NCBI RefSeq assembly: GCF_018350175.1
Contig: NC_058368.1
Span: 60,018,001-60,082,000, forward strand
Length of the DNA: 64,000 nt
DNA from: Felis catus
Taxonomy: Eukaryota
Reading direction: 5' to 3'
Part shown: one piece after another, positions 50,162 through 63,676 of the stretch
Layout: the number at the start of each line of letters is the position of its first letter
Position numbering within the stretch: position 1 is the stretch's first letter
The notes under the pieces: generated by a model
The model's input: only the letters and a program-made list of their open reading frames with translations
Told to the model about the DNA's origin: nothing
Databases searched by the model: none
Made by a program: the position numbers and the translations under genes

Positions 50162-50522
50162 TACTATGGGCTGAATGTTTGTGTCCCCCCAAATTCATTT
50201 GTAGAAGTTCTGAGTTACAATGTGATGGTGTTAGGAAGCTTTGGTAGGAGCTCAGATTATGGAAGTAGAGCTCTCATGGATGGGATTAGTGCCTTTATAA
50301 AAGCAACCCTAGAGAGAGAGGTTCCCTGCCCCTTCCACCAAGTAAGGTCATAGTGAGCAATAAACACTCTGAAGCCTAAAAGAGAGCTCTCACCAGAACC
50401 TGACCTTGCTGGCACCCTGATCTATGACTCCCAGCCTCCTGAAAAGTGAGAAATAAATTTATGTTGTTTATAGCCACCCAATCTAGGTTACTTTGCGATA
50501 GCACCCTGGACTGACTGAGACA
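50162..50522 (+). mobile_element. Solo LTR, MLT1A-like
   Basis: CTATGGGCTGAATGTTTGTGTCCCCCCAAATTCAT..GTGAGAAATAAATTT..GACTGAGACA; TSD ATACC / ATACA. Confidence 0.9.
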
Positions 50523-51755
50523 ATACATTTCATTGTGTAGAATTTCATAATTTAGTCAATTGTTCTAACAGGAATTTTCTTGAGGAATGATAGAATACGT
50601 ACACGTATCTTTAACATTCACATTCGTCTCTATAGGATAGATAACACAATTGAATGCTGCCCCTGATTCTTCACAATTCCATATGGTTGCTAAGTAATCA
50701 ACTTATTTTATACACATAGGACCTGAGGGACATTAAATGTCTTTTTTATAGTCACATAATATTCTGTCTTTATGTGCATATCAGTGAATAAATTAATAAA
50801 GATAATTAGGTGATCTTTTATATAGTACATGTTAATATGTTAACATGTTTGTTCACTTCTTTTTTCTGTCTCTGATGTACACAGCATAGCTCTCAGATAA
50901 GTTGCTTGTTTCATTGTGACTACTTTCACAGTCATTGTGACATGACTGTGTCAGTGTCATGTGTAGGGTATACATGTGCCTCAAGTCATTGATACCCTTA
51001 TCCTGATCCTCCAGTGAGATCTCTCCAGGGAAGAAAAAGCCTCCTCTTTTGGTGTATCATTTAAATGTCATTATGTTAGTGTATCTTAGTATCAGACTGT
51101 TTAAGAGGTTATCTTAGTGATTTGGTAAACTTGCAAGATTTATAACTATGAATTGTGTCTCTGATGAAAAATGATACAGATGGGCAGAATCATAATTTCT
51201 TGATCAGCCATATAAGTCTGCTTGAATCCAGAGAGTAATTTTTAAGTTATCTCAATAAAGTGCATAATATATTATTTTCTAGGAGATTCCTAACTTCACT
51301 AAGCAAAGCTTAGCAATGTATAAGACTTGAATTCTTCTCATTATAGGCTAAGCTAGCTATGTAGTACCTTTAATAAAATTTTAACAGGATGGATTTCAAT
51401 CTTAAATTTCTTAATTTCTGCTATCTGTAAAAGTGACAGGATGGAGAATTAAAAATGAGAGAAAGAGATGGGGCCACTATCTTAGAAAGAGAAAAATCTT
51501 GTCATAAAGCAATCAATTTATGCTCCTCTCATAAATACTACACTTCCTGTTATGTGGTTTGATTTTGGCCTGCTAAAGTCCATTATGACAAAACTTTTCT
51601 TAGATGCTTTTTTTCTTCACTGTCGGTTAAAAAATAAAGAGTGTCTTGTATACCTGTATATGTTAAATATGCAGCAAGCCACTGTCAATATCTCTTCTGG
51701 AAGCCTATGACCTTTATGCAAATTTATATATTTCTAAAAAACCAAATTGAAACAC

Positions 51756-52207
51756 TGTTTGGAGATAACTCCTCTTAGGTCTCACATTTCTGTATATCTT
51801 ACAAGCAGAGACAGAGATTAATTAGTTCCTGATTATCTTTTCAGGGATACTGTATAGCAAACAGCCTTGGAAGAGACAGAGATTGTCTCCTGCGTGAGAA
51901 AAGGAAAGACACACTCACTGTACATTATAAAGAACTGGATTCCCTCACTCAGGTTTCCACTGCTTTAATGCAACACATTGATTTTGTAGATGTCACCTTG
52001 GCCTTCTTCTCATCACCTTGTGGGAATTGGGGCTCAGGGAACCGGCATAAAAAAGTGCTGGTATTCTGCAACTACTATTGTTCTGAGTGATAGAATGCCA
52101 TGTCCCTGACACAGATTTCTCAGGCCTTCCTGCGGTATATGAATATGTAGCAGGCCAACTTCTCAGCTTGCTAATAAGATACAGCTTAGATGTGTTGGTT
52201 ATTGACA
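51756..52207 (+). mobile_element. Solo LTR, ERVL LTR40-like
   Basis: TATCTTTTCAGGGATACTGTATAGCAAACAGCCTTGGAAGA..GGGAATTGGGGCTCAGGGAAC; TG..CA ends; TSD AACAC / AATAC. Confidence 0.8.
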
Positions 52208-53616
52208 AATACTAAATAAGATGGACTTCATTTATTTTAAGTACAATCACATAATTACATAAAAAACATACATGAATGCACACACAAGTTCTTTTTCTCT
52301 TTTTCATGTGTTTCAGAGTATATTCAAGGACATAAAATAGTTGATGAACGTACTTTCTTAAGGAATGTCTATGTCAAGCGTCAAGATAAAACTCTAGTGA
52401 GAAAATCTTTCACTGAATTGTTACATAATGACTTTGGAGCTGTGATAATAGTTGTCTTTTAACATAACATGGACCTTAGAAATTCTTATAGTCCATTATT
52501 TAGTTTGACATCTAAATGCTTTAAATAGTGCTAAAATAATACATGTTAAGCATGTAGGTACATATTCTATGCCTCCAAATATCCTTTTGGTACAGGTTTC
52601 TTTGATCTTATAATGAAATTACTCAGTTACAAAATCACATATGAAATGGTAGAAGAATGATGGAAACTAATAGAATCTCCTTACGTAGTCTCTAATATAT
52701 ATACGAGAAAATAGCGGAGCACAAATAAATGGAGCACAACCAAAGTAATAGCCTGAAAAATTCATTTAAGGGAGTATTTCCACCCCAGTGGTTAGTGCCA
52801 CAAGGAACCAAGTCAAATAGCTCTGAACTTTTCAGAAGCAATAGAAGAAAAAGTGCAAAGTTCAAATGAGAACATGTATGATATTAACTCTGAATAATTA
52901 ATTTTAAGACCCATTTCTTTCTGTATGGTTTTAAAACGTGTTACCATGCTACAGAAACAACCACAGTTATCAAAATATGTATGAAAGCGCTGTTGATGAG
53001 AACATTACATATTTATTACAGTGTTATTTGAAAAATGGTACCCGATTCAGCTTTCACTCAGATTTTTCTATGATAGAATATTTGGTCCACAAGAAAATGT
53101 TTACTCTTCACTTATTTGATTTAATTTTTACCTATGACAAGCCAAAATCTTCAGGGCAACTTGCTCTACATTAAAGTAGAAATAAATAGTACTATCCGCA
53201 GGTGGAAATAATTTTGCAGTTTTTCCTAATCACTCATTCATCAAAATGAAATCATGATAGGTTGGAGGATATCATAGATACCTTTAGTAAGTTGTTTATT
53301 TTTCTTGTGATAACATAAGCAAATAGTCTTTCTCCTAAACATGGTGGAATATGTCCTTAATTTTAAATTCCTTAAATTCCTTTTCCAACATGGTAGGTTC
53401 ACTTGAAAATCAATACATCTATCTCTAGATACAGTTGTTCCGAAATGCAAATACATGACAATGTATACATCAATCTAAATTACACTGTTTATCACTAAAT
53501 AATACATTTATATTTTAACACAATTAAAATGTTATATAGTGAAATAGTTTAAGAATTAATTGCATATGAAATAAAATAATTAACAATCACACTCCATAGT
53601 TACTTATATTAACCAG

Positions 53617-54026
53617 TTTATTAACTTTCTAAGTGATAAAATACCACAAACTTGGTGGTTTAAACATGGAAATGTATTGTCTCACACTTATGTCAGCTAT
53701 AAGTCCAAAATCAAGATGTCTATAGAGTTGGTTCCTTCTGAGATGTGTGAACAAAATGTCTGATCCAGGCCTTCCTCCTTAGCTTGTAGAAAGCTGAATC
53801 TTCCTTACAGCTCTTCATATTGTCTTCCTTCTGTGAATGGCCCTGTGTCCAAATTTCTCTCATAGGATGATAAGTCATGTTCAATCAGGATCCACTGTAA
53901 TAACCTCATTATGATTTGATTAACTCTATAAAGCTGCTATCTTCACAGAAGGTTATATTCTGAGATGCCAGGGATCAGGTCTTCAACATAACACATTTTG
54001 GGTAGGACACTATTCAACTCATAAGA
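53617..54026 (-). mobile_element. Solo LTR, MLT1B-like
   Basis: AAATACCACAAACTTGGTGGTTTAAACA..AAGTCCAAAATCAAG..GGACACTATTCAACTCATAA; perfect TSD ACCAG. Confidence 0.88.
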
Positions 54027-54259
54027 ACCAGATTGTACCATAGAAATTTGGAAAATAAAGGACAATGGATAGACTTCTTACAAGCTGTCATAAACTACTG
54101 CTGAAGTGAGTTATGTAATTCTTATTCATGGCAAATTGGTACTATAAAATAGGGAATTACTATGATTTTTAGGACAGTGACCAAACCATACTTTCAGACT
54201 TTAATATAGTAAGCTCTAATATGAATATATTTATCTATATATATATATATTTTTTTCAA

Positions 54260-54733
54260 TCTTAATAGAATCATTTCAAAGCCTCTACCAGATGGCTTCC
54301 CTAGTGAATTCCATCAAACATATCAAGAATAAGTGATACCGGTGTTCCTCAAATTCCTCCAAAAGTTTGAAAAGGAAAGAACACTTCTTTCTTTAAAAAC
54401 ATTTTTTTAACGTTTATTTATTTCTGAGACAGAGAGAAACAGAACATGAGTGGGGGAGGGGCAGAGAGAGAGGGAGACACAGAATCAGAAGCAGGCTCCA
54501 GGCTCTGAGTTGTCAGCACAGAGCCCAACGCGCAAACTCACAAACCGTGAGATTGTGACCTGAGCCGAAGTCAGTCATTCAACCAACTGAGCCACCCAGG
54601 TGTCCCTGAAAAGGAAAGAACACTTCTGAATTCATTTTAGGCCAGCATTGCTCTGATACAAATGCCAGAAAAAGACACTGCAAGAGAGAAAAACTACAGA
54701 CCATTATCCTTGAGGAACATAGATGGAAAAAAA
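54260..54733 (+). mobile_element. Old L1 ORF2 fragment interrupted by a SINE
   Basis: CCAGATGGCTTCCCTAGTGAATTCCATCAAACA..GGCCAGCATTGCTCTGATAC..AACTACAGACCATTATCC (region just before the RT domain). Confidence 0.8.
54389..54606 (-). mobile_element. SINEC
   Basis: Perfect 21-bp TSD TGAAAAGGAAAGAACACTTCT. Confidence 0.96.
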
Positions 54734-55325
54734 AAGTGCCAGGCATTATTCTTAACTGTTCAGTATTTCCATTTTATGGGTGAAAGACTTTTAGGAAGAA
54801 GTAATATGAGAGGGAGGTATACATGCCTAATGTAGAAGCTCAAGGCAGGTGGATTAATATTGTATTTCTGATACGTGAAGCAGGAAAAAAGAGAACTGTA
54901 AGGCAAATAAGTCTTGTCCAGAGGTGTGAACTATTTTGATTCACACCTCTTTTGCCCCATATGATAATTTGAAATACAAATGTATCAGTATGGTGTTATA
55001 CCTTCAAATAAGTAACTGAAGCAAAGGTCTTAGGACACTTACTGACCACTAACTTTGAGAGATTATGTCAGGACAAGGTCTGTACTAGACTGTACTGTAA
55101 TTTGCAGAGACGGCAGTGATAATATCTTGGGTATATACTAATTGTTTCATTTACTTTTTCTTTATTTGTTCAATAAATTACTTCTTTCTACAGTGTTAAA
55201 TACCCAATTGTGGAATAATCTGTTTGATTGCAGGATTAGGTAATGATAATTTATCATTATATCTTTTTGAGAGTTTAGCAAAGATGGAGGTAGAGACAGT
55301 AGTTACCATAAAAATAGACTATATC

Positions 55326-55533
55326 ATTTATCTTATTTATTTATTTATTTATTTATATTTTAGAGAGAGAGGGGTCATAGTGGGGAGAGGGGCAGAGGTG
55401 GGGAGAGAGAGAGAGAATCTTAAGCATGCTCCACACTCAGTGTGGAGCCTGATGTGGGGCTTGATCCCCTCACCTTGTGATCATGACCTGAGCCAAAATC
55501 AAGAGTCGGACACTCAACCAACTGAGTCACCCA
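55326..55533 (-). mobile_element. SINEC (older subfamily)
   Basis: (TTTA)n tail, GAGAATCTTAAGCA..GATCATGACCTGAGCCAAAATCAAGAGTCGG. Confidence 0.92.
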
Positions 55534-56247
55534 CTGTTTTCTAATATTAACTGTCATATTTGAACCTAAAAAAATAGCTTATATCTCACAGCATATTACC
55601 TTCCATATAGAATCCCCTGATGGATTTACTACTGTTAGATAATAACTGTGAAACTCCTCAAACTACCACATCAGAACTTGTTCTTGATACTTGTGGATTC
55701 TCTCTGTTGAATTTCAAGGCACTTAATAGTTTGTAGTGGACAAATGCTTTGCTAAGGCTTAATTAACTACATCATATAAAAATCTTACAATGTTTCTTGG
55801 GAACAATACAAATGGTTAAAAAATATTCTTTCTTATTTATATCAATATATAAGGATGTTTGTGTGGGTGTGTGTTTGTTGATATTTTATACTTTGCCTAC
55901 TTATTTAACCTAACTTCACTAAAATATTGTATTGTATAAAATATTGTATAAGACTTGATAAAAATCATTTTTATGGTTTCAGTCAATAAAAATTTGGTTA
56001 TATTCCATGAGATTTATTTATTATTCTCCTCCTTAAATATAACAAATTTATTAGCACTAATTATTGGTTTTTGATTATGATATGATTTTGGTTCAAAACT
56101 TTCCTCAAGTGTTGAAGTTTTACTTACAGGCACAGATAACTATTAATTTGTCACACCCTTGTTTTCAAAATATGATATAGGATAAATGTCTCCTGAAACA
56201 TACGTAAGAAGGCCTAGGCTTCTTTTCCTCAAATTAAATGATTTTTT

Positions 56248-56431
56248 GGAGTGCCTGGTTGGCTCAGTTGGTTGAGCGTCTGACTCTTGATTTTGGCTCG
56301 GGTCATGATCCTTGGGTCATGGGATGGAGCCCTGCACTGGGCGCAGCATGGAGCCTACTTGGGATTCTCTCTTTCTCTCCATCTGCTCCTCTTTTTATTC
56401 TAAAATATAAACTGAAAAATAAAAATTTAAA
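56248..56431 (+). mobile_element. SINEC (older subfamily)
   Basis: GGAGTGCCTGGTTGGCTCAG head, CT tract, A-rich tail. Confidence 0.9.
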
Positions 56432-57221
56432 CAAATTAAGGTGCTTTTTATTTTTTAAATGTGAATATATATACTGTAATACAACCTCTAAATTTGTACT
56501 GAATTAAATTTGATAAATATTAATAGTGCTTTGGGATGATATCACATTTCACTTAGGATGCCTATCAAGACAAATTATGCATCTTGAGCAGAATTCTAGA
56601 TGATTTCATTGATATTTGAAGAAGAGTCTCTAGGTGACTTTCTGTACCTCCTGTCCACCTGTTTCATTTCACTGGCAGGTTCCAGAGTTGAGATTCCTGC
56701 CTAGATTTTACATGGCACTTGAGGCAACTTGCCAGGGTGCTGCACTACATATCAGCTAATTGGACCACTAATGAGCTGAGTGACTTTTTAATACCAACTG
56801 CCTGCAAACCACCCAGTGTGATTGCAGATGGCTTTTTAAGAATTAGCCACTTCAGAACGAAAATTCCTTGTTTCTTATATGTCAATAATGTAAGTACAAG
56901 ATGGGGACTTAAAATTTTGAATAGTGTTCCAGCATTCTCCAGTTCAGGTAGAAATTTGACCCCTTGCATGTGTGTTTATTTTTAAATATCTAGATTACTG
57001 TAAACTCATCTAACTTGTATAGACAATCTTATTATTTCTCTTTGGTAGTAAGAATTGTTTCTCCAAAGCCATAAGAGTTTTGTAATTTTCTCTCTCATCT
57101 CAGTCAAAGCATAGTTTTTCAACTACACAGACATATCTGTGATAATTTAGAAGTCTCAGCTTCTAGGAAGCATGGGACACCCAAAGAAAAACAAATTCTT
57201 CAAAAACCATTTTTATAAATG

Positions 57222-57260
57222 CTTTACTAGCTTTCCTTTACTAGCTTTCCTTTACTAGCT
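57222..57260. repeat. 14-bp tandem repeat (about 2.8 copies)
   Basis: Unit CTTTACTAGCTTTC. Confidence 0.9.
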
Positions 57261-57849
57261 GTTTGCATTTAGTTTTATATATCTAAATAAATACAGCTTG
57301 CTCAGCCTGGCTTGGTTAGATCTCTCTAATCTCACACAAATAACATCTTTTAAAATCAAATGTCTGGTTTTTATAATAACCATTTGGTGCCTCCAACCAC
57401 GGTAATCTTTTTCACTGAGAACACTCTACTAATATTGTTACTAAGAAGGTAGCCATATGACTATTTTATTTCTAGAGCATTTCATGAGAATGATACTTCC
57501 ATTCAGTTTCACCTCATGTCAAGCCAACAAATATAATCCAAGCAGGTAATTTTTTTCCCTTAACAGTGATGATTAGACAGATGTTAGAGAGGTTTTACTC
57601 TTTAGAGCAATGAGTGCTAAGGAGAGGTTACCAGTGTGCTTCTGGGGAAAAAATAATTCCTTTTTCATAAGAGATTTACAGGAAGTGAGTCTCAGCTTTC
57701 TACTGAATGTAAATGAAGCACATGCAGCAATGATTGTATGAAACAGGGCAGACATTTTTACACCACATTCAGTTTTTCTTCTTTTCATAAATATTGTATA
57801 ATTTTCCATCTTAAGAGACTCATGAATTTTCAACAAATTTATTTTTAAA

Positions 57850-58585
57850 TATTGCCCATTGCATGTATGTATATAGTTTATTTATCTATTTACCTACTGA
57901 AGGACCTCTTGCTCATTTCTAAGTTTTGGTAATTATGTGTAAAACTGCTATAAGCATTCCTGGGTAAATTTTTGTGTGTCTATGTTTTCAGCTCATTTGG
58001 GTAAATATCTAGGAGCTTGACTGATGGATAGCATAGAAAGACTATTTTGCTTTGTAAGAAATTGTCAAACTATTTTTCAAAGTGGCTGTACCATTTTGCA
58101 TTCTCACCAGCAATGAATGAGAGTTTCTACTGCTTCACATCCTTGCAAGGATTTGGTGTTGTTGCTGTTTTGGATTTTAGACATTCTAGTAGATGTCTAG
58201 TGGTATTTCAATGTTTTAATTGCAATTCCCTAATTACATATGACCTTGAGCATCTCCTCATATGCTTATTTGGCATCTGTATATTTTCTTTGGAGCGATG
58301 TCTGTTCAAATCTCTTGCCCAATTTTTAATTGTGGACTTTTTTAGAATTCTTTGTATATTTTGGGTACAATTCCTTTATAGGATATGGACTTTACAAACA
58401 TTTTCTCCCAAACTGTGACTTATCTTTTTATCTTCCTAACAGTGTCTTTGATAGAGCAAAAGTTTTTAACTTTAAAGTAGTCAAATATTCATTTTTTTTC
58501 TATCATTGATAATGCAGCTAGTGTTGTGTCCAAAACTCTTTGCCAAACTCAAGTCACCTACATTTTCTCACATGTTATATTCCAG
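57850..58585 (-). mobile_element. Old L1 (L1MB/MC-like) ORF2 3' fragment
   Basis: CAAAGTGGCTGTACCATTTTGCATTCTCACCAGCAATGAATGAGAGTT..GAGCATCTCCTCATATGCTTATTTGGCATCTGTATA. Confidence 0.85.
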
Positions 58586-58896
58586 TCAGACTACTTGTGA
58601 CACTCTAGTAAGGTCTATTGTTTTCTTCTTAGTTCCAGAGCATGGCTCTTACTCTAGCCATGGTTCTCTTTAATGTTTGGCTTTATTTATAGAAAGGAAA
58701 AGCAAAGATGCACGATGATCTTGTCTCTTGATTACAGCCATTTAAATTACAATTATGGTACAATACAAACTTTGAAAACTCAAAGAATGCTTTCCCAAAC
58801 CTTCTACATGAATTATTTTGTTCTTATGATCCTTATAGATATCCTATAATTGCCTCACCAATATTATACTTTGTTTATTTAATTCACCTTCTTCTC

Positions 58897-59177
58897 GGGG
58901 TGCCTGGGTGGCTCAGTTGGTTAAGCGTCCGACTTAGGCTCAGGTCATGATCTTACAGTTCATGCGTTTGACCCCCACATCAGGCTCTGGGCCGACAGCT
59001 CAGAGTTTGGAATCTGCTTTGGATTCTGTCTCTCTCTCTCTCTCTGTGTCTCTCTCTGCTCCCTTCCCCCACCCCACCACCCCACTTGTGTTCTCCTCTC
59101 TCAAAAATAAATAAATAAATAAATAAATAAATAAACACTACAAAATTTAAAAATAAAATAAAATAAATAAAATAAAA
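58897..59177 (+). mobile_element. SINEC with a long (AAAT)n tail
   Basis: Complete body; diverged TSD starting AATTCAC. Confidence 0.95.
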
Positions 59178-59314
59178 ATTCACTTTACTGAATACTAAGT
59201 TTCTTGTTGGCAGGATATGCTTATTTCTTCCATTTCTAGTATTTTTACACAGCACATTTTTTATTATTTTGTTGAATGAGCAAAACTTTGGAAAGTAGAA
59301 GACATTTTATTTCT

Positions 59315-59586
59315 TTTCTTTTTTTTTTAATATATGAAATTTATTGTCAAATTGGTTTCCATACAACACCCAGTGCTCATCCCAAAAGGTGCCCTCCTCA
59401 ATACCCATCACCCACCCTCCCCTCCCTCCCACCCCCCATCAACCCTCAGTTTGTTCTCAGTTTTTAACAGTCTCTTATGCTTTGGCTCTCTCCCACTCTA
59501 ACCTCTTTTTTTTTTCCTTCCCCTCCCCCATGGGTTTCTATTAAGTTTCTCAGGATCCACATAAGAGTGAAACCATATGGTATCTG
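59315..59586 (-). mobile_element. 5'-truncated young L1 (about 270 bp)
   Basis: Poly-T plus L1 3'UTR; perfect 17-bp TSD GAAGACATTTTATTTCT at 59298-59314 and 59587-59603. Confidence 0.96.
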
Positions 59587-61897
59587 GAAGACATTTTATT
59601 TCTAATCAGATATCACGTCTAATACTAATTGGAAAAAATGCTTGCAAATATTATCAATGGTACATCTCACAAAAATGCATTTAACAGAATTTGGGGTGAG
59701 TTTTATAGACTCTGTTTGAATTTGGGTTAGAAAAATAAAGAATTAGTATTAAGATTCCTCAAAATCTCTCACAACTCCAAAAAGTTTTCATGTTTCTTCT
59801 TTCTTTAATCAAAGGTCAATCTGTCCCTAGGATGTATACTTAAAAAATATTTGGACCCTAAGTGTTAGTTTTTAACTATTTATGACCCATTATTTTGAGT
59901 TAAAAATGTGGAATATAAATGTAGCCTTCTGCAAGAAAATGCAAAATTTGCCATTTTTTGGACTTACTATTATTTTATTAACATGTATTTTAATTTGATA
60001 CAGAATTTTAAAAATATCTGATGAATTTCTTTCTTGCTCTCACTCATTTCTTTCTTCTTTGGTAATGTTGGAGTGATTAAAGAAATATATTTTACAGTGG
60101 TATTAATATTAAATAATTTATTTTCCATACAATTGTCACTATTTTCAAAGATTTTTAACCTGAATTTACATTGATGAACTTTATATATATTCACTGTTAA
60201 GTCTTTAACTGTAATTTAAATTCATACTTCTTTATATTGGAGATGAGTCATTTCCCTTGAAATTTCTTCTTGGAATATTATAATCATTTTGACAATAAGC
60301 TAATTAGTGACTTTTAATCTGTCTAGTTGATTGCCGCATATTTACCTAATTTATGTTCTTATTTTTCTTATGAAACTGATATCCTTCCTTTGTTATTACA
60401 TTATCAGAACATTTATAACTAGTGTGATGTGATTTTACTAGCCTCATAACTTCTAAACTTTGACACAGATATGTCTCCACATGTGTATTAATCATAGACA
60501 TGGCATCTGGAGACTATATTTCTTGTACTTATTTTAGATAATTTAATGAATAAAATCATTTTAAAATGGCCAACTGACAAAACCTAGATTTTTTGGCCTT
60601 AATTTGTTCTTATTTAATTCTGTTAGTATGTTAAATATTGTTTACACTGTCATTGGGCAGGATTTATTTCTCATTCAATGTTTAAGATACTTTCAAGGAA
60701 CTTTAAAATAGTTTGATGTCAATAAGAAATGTGAAATGTTTCTATATGTTAAATGCATTTCAAGATCATAACTCATTATAAATTATTACTACTTGGAATA
60801 CAAATGGGTTTTTATTAACCACTCATATTTTTATTCTCCATTCATTTGACTTCATTTTGTTCTATTCATATGTTAAGGCAATATTATAAGCCACCATCTA
60901 ATTATGGTTTCTGGGAGTATATTTTGGATGCTTAACCTTGATATAACTTAAGTGATATTTCTACAACCTTACTGTCTCTCAAAACATACGCATGGAATAA
61001 TTTGAGGAACTAATAATATACCAAGATGACTAATGCCTGGTTGCCAAAGTACTCAGATACTTAACTATAATTTATCAATGTTAGGGTGCTCTTTTATTCT
61101 TTGTGATCAATGTTAAATCCCAAGAAATGTTTTTTAAGGAAAATTTCATGATTCATTTCATGATAAAGGAAACAGGCTTGATAGGAAGGTGTGCTACCGT
61201 ATGAAAAATAAAATAAATTAAATTAGTTTTCAACTAGAAAGATAGAGCCACTTGCCAAAATGCAAAAGCCAAATGTAGTATATATCCTCCCTCTAAATGT
61301 ATTCAAGTAGATAATTGATCATATATGTGTATCCTCAAATCTTGAGAAAGTACCTGTGTACTGCTGCTTTTACAGTCCATACTGACCATGCATGGCTACA
61401 TATGTAGCTAAATACTCATTATTCATAAGTTGTTTATATGCTTTGTAGAGAACTCAGAGTAAAAACAGTTATCTGATTTCTCAAGTTGGCCACTGATTTT
61501 CAATAAGTGATATCAGGGAAGCAAGTTGATAATGGAAAACACAACATATACAGAATTGTAGTGATAAATTTATTAATACATATTCAGTTCAAAAACAATT
61601 TTCAAAACATATTTGATTATATATTTTGTAAACATAATTATATAGTGAAACAATGAGAAATATAGCTGTCTTGGAGAATTGTTGGAAAGAGAGACACATC
61701 AATAGAAAGTCACATGCAAGATCTGATAATGATAAAATAGAAATAATGCATGGTGATGAAAAGGGAACTGAGAAGGCATTGGGAGATTTAAGATATATGC
61801 CAGTTTGACAAGAAGAAAAATAACATAGGCCAAGCTGAAATATTATTTGTTTATAAAATGAAATTTGGTGCAGGAGAGTTTCGTAAAGAACATGGTA

Positions 61898-62473
61898 CAA
61901 CAGATCAATGAATCTAAGAGCTAGTTTTTTGAAATAATAAACAAAATTGATAAACCCCTAACCAGACTTCTCAAAAAGAGAAGAGAGAAGACCAAATATA
62001 TAAAATCATGAATGAAAGAGGAGAGATCACACTAACACCACAAAATTACAAATAATCATTATAGAATATGATGAAAAATTATATGCCAAAAAACTGGACA
62101 ATCTGGAAAAAATGGACAAATTCCTAGACACTCACACACTACCAAAACTCAAACAGGAGGACATAGAAATTTTGAACAGATCCATAACCAATGAAGAAAT
62201 TGAATAAGTTTCCCCCCAAAAAGGAGTGTTGGGCCCCAAGGCTTCCAAGGGGAATTCTACCAAACATTTAAGGTAGAGTTAATACTTATTCTGCTCAAAC
62301 TGTTCCAAAAAATAGAAATGGAAGGAAAGCTTCAAGAGTCATTCTATGAAGCCAGTATTACCTTGATTCCAAACTGAGACAAAGATCCCACTAAAAAGAA
62401 GAATTACAGGCCAATATCTCAGATGAGTTGGATGCAAAAATTCTCAACAAGATACTAGCAAACTCAATTCAAT
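61898..62473 (+). mobile_element. L1 ORF2 internal fragment (between EN and RT)
   Basis: CAGATCAATGAA..AACAAAATTGATAAACCCCTA..GGGGAATTCTACCAAACATTTAA..AATTACAGGCCAATATC; truncated at both ends. Confidence 0.92.
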
Positions 62474-62498
62474 GATTTTAATATTCAGTTCAATATTT

Positions 62499-63261
62499 CT
62501 TTTTTTATGTATAAAATTTATTGTCAAATTGGTTTCCATACAACACCAAATGCTCAACCCAACAGGTGCCCTCCTCAATGCCCATCAACCACTTTCCCTC
62601 TTCCCCCATCCCCCATCAACCCTCAGTTTGTTCTCAATATTTAGGAGTCTCTGATGGTTTACCTCCTTCCCTCTATGTAACATTTTTCCCCCTCCTCCTC
62701 CCCCTGGCCTTCTGTTAAGTTTCTTAGGATCCACATATGAGTGAAAACATATGGTATCTGTCTTTCTCTGCCTGACTTCTTTCGCTTAGCATAACACTCT
62801 CCAGTTCCATCCACGTTGCTACAAAGGGCCAGATTTCATTCTTTCTCAATGCCAAGTAGTATTCCATTGTATATATAAAACACATCTTCTTTATCCTTTC
62901 GTCAGTTGATGGACATTTAAGCTCTTTCCATAATTTGGCTATTGTTGAGAGTGCTGCTGTAAACATTGGGGTACAAGTGCCTCTATGCATCAGCACTCCT
63001 GTATCCCTTGGGTCAATTCCTAGCAGTGCTATTGCTGGGTCATAGGGTAGATCTATTTTTTAAATTTTTTGAGGAACACACTGTTTTCCAGAGTGGCTGC
63101 GCCAGTTTGCATTCTCACCAACAGTGCAACAGGGTTCCCCTTTCTCCACATCCTCTCCAGCATTTGTAGTCTTCCGATTTGTTCCTTTTAGCCACTCTGA
63201 CTGGCGTGAGGTGATATCTGAGTGTGGTTTTGATTTGTATTTCCCTGACCAGGAGTGGCAT
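62499..63261 (-). mobile_element. L1 3' end (about 760 bp), antisense
   Basis: Poly-T, 3'UTR and ORF2 C-terminus ([26 protein letters not shown]...MFSLICGS). Confidence 0.95.
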
Positions 63262-63660
63262 TTATATATACAATGGAATACTACTTGGCAATGAGAAAGA
63301 ATGAAATATGGCCTTTTGTAGTTAACGTGGATAGAACTGGAGAGTGTTATGCTAAGTGAAGTAAGTCATACAGAGAAAGACAGGTGTCATATGTTTTCAC
63401 TCTTATGTGGATCCTGAGAAACTTAACAGAAGACCATGGGGGAGGGGAAGGGAAAAAAAAGTTAGAGAGGGAAGGAGGCAAACCATAAGAGACTCTTAAA
63501 AACTGAGAATAAACTGTGGGTTGATGGGGGGTGGGTGGGAGGGGAAAGTGGATGATGGGCATTGAGAAGGGCACCTGTTGGGATGAGCACTGGGTGTTGT
63601 GTGGAAAACAATTTGATAATAAATTTCATATTAAAAAATAAAGTAAAAACAAAAAAGAAA
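63262..63660 (+). mobile_element. L1 3' end (about 400 bp), sense
   Basis: TACAATGGAATACTACTTGGCAATG...GATAATAAATTTCATATT followed by an A tail. Confidence 0.95.
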
Positions 63661-63676
63661 TATGTTTTACATTACA

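Noticed and set aside
58047..58418. 123-aa plus-strand ORF
   Set aside because: It is the antisense frame of an old L1 ORF2 fragment.
10372..59255. Family of similar short ORFs (..TSAQVMISQ..GSVLTAQSLEPASDSVSPSL.. and MPWWRSRLSVRLQPGHDL..)
   Set aside because: All are translations of SINEC bodies, not a gene family.
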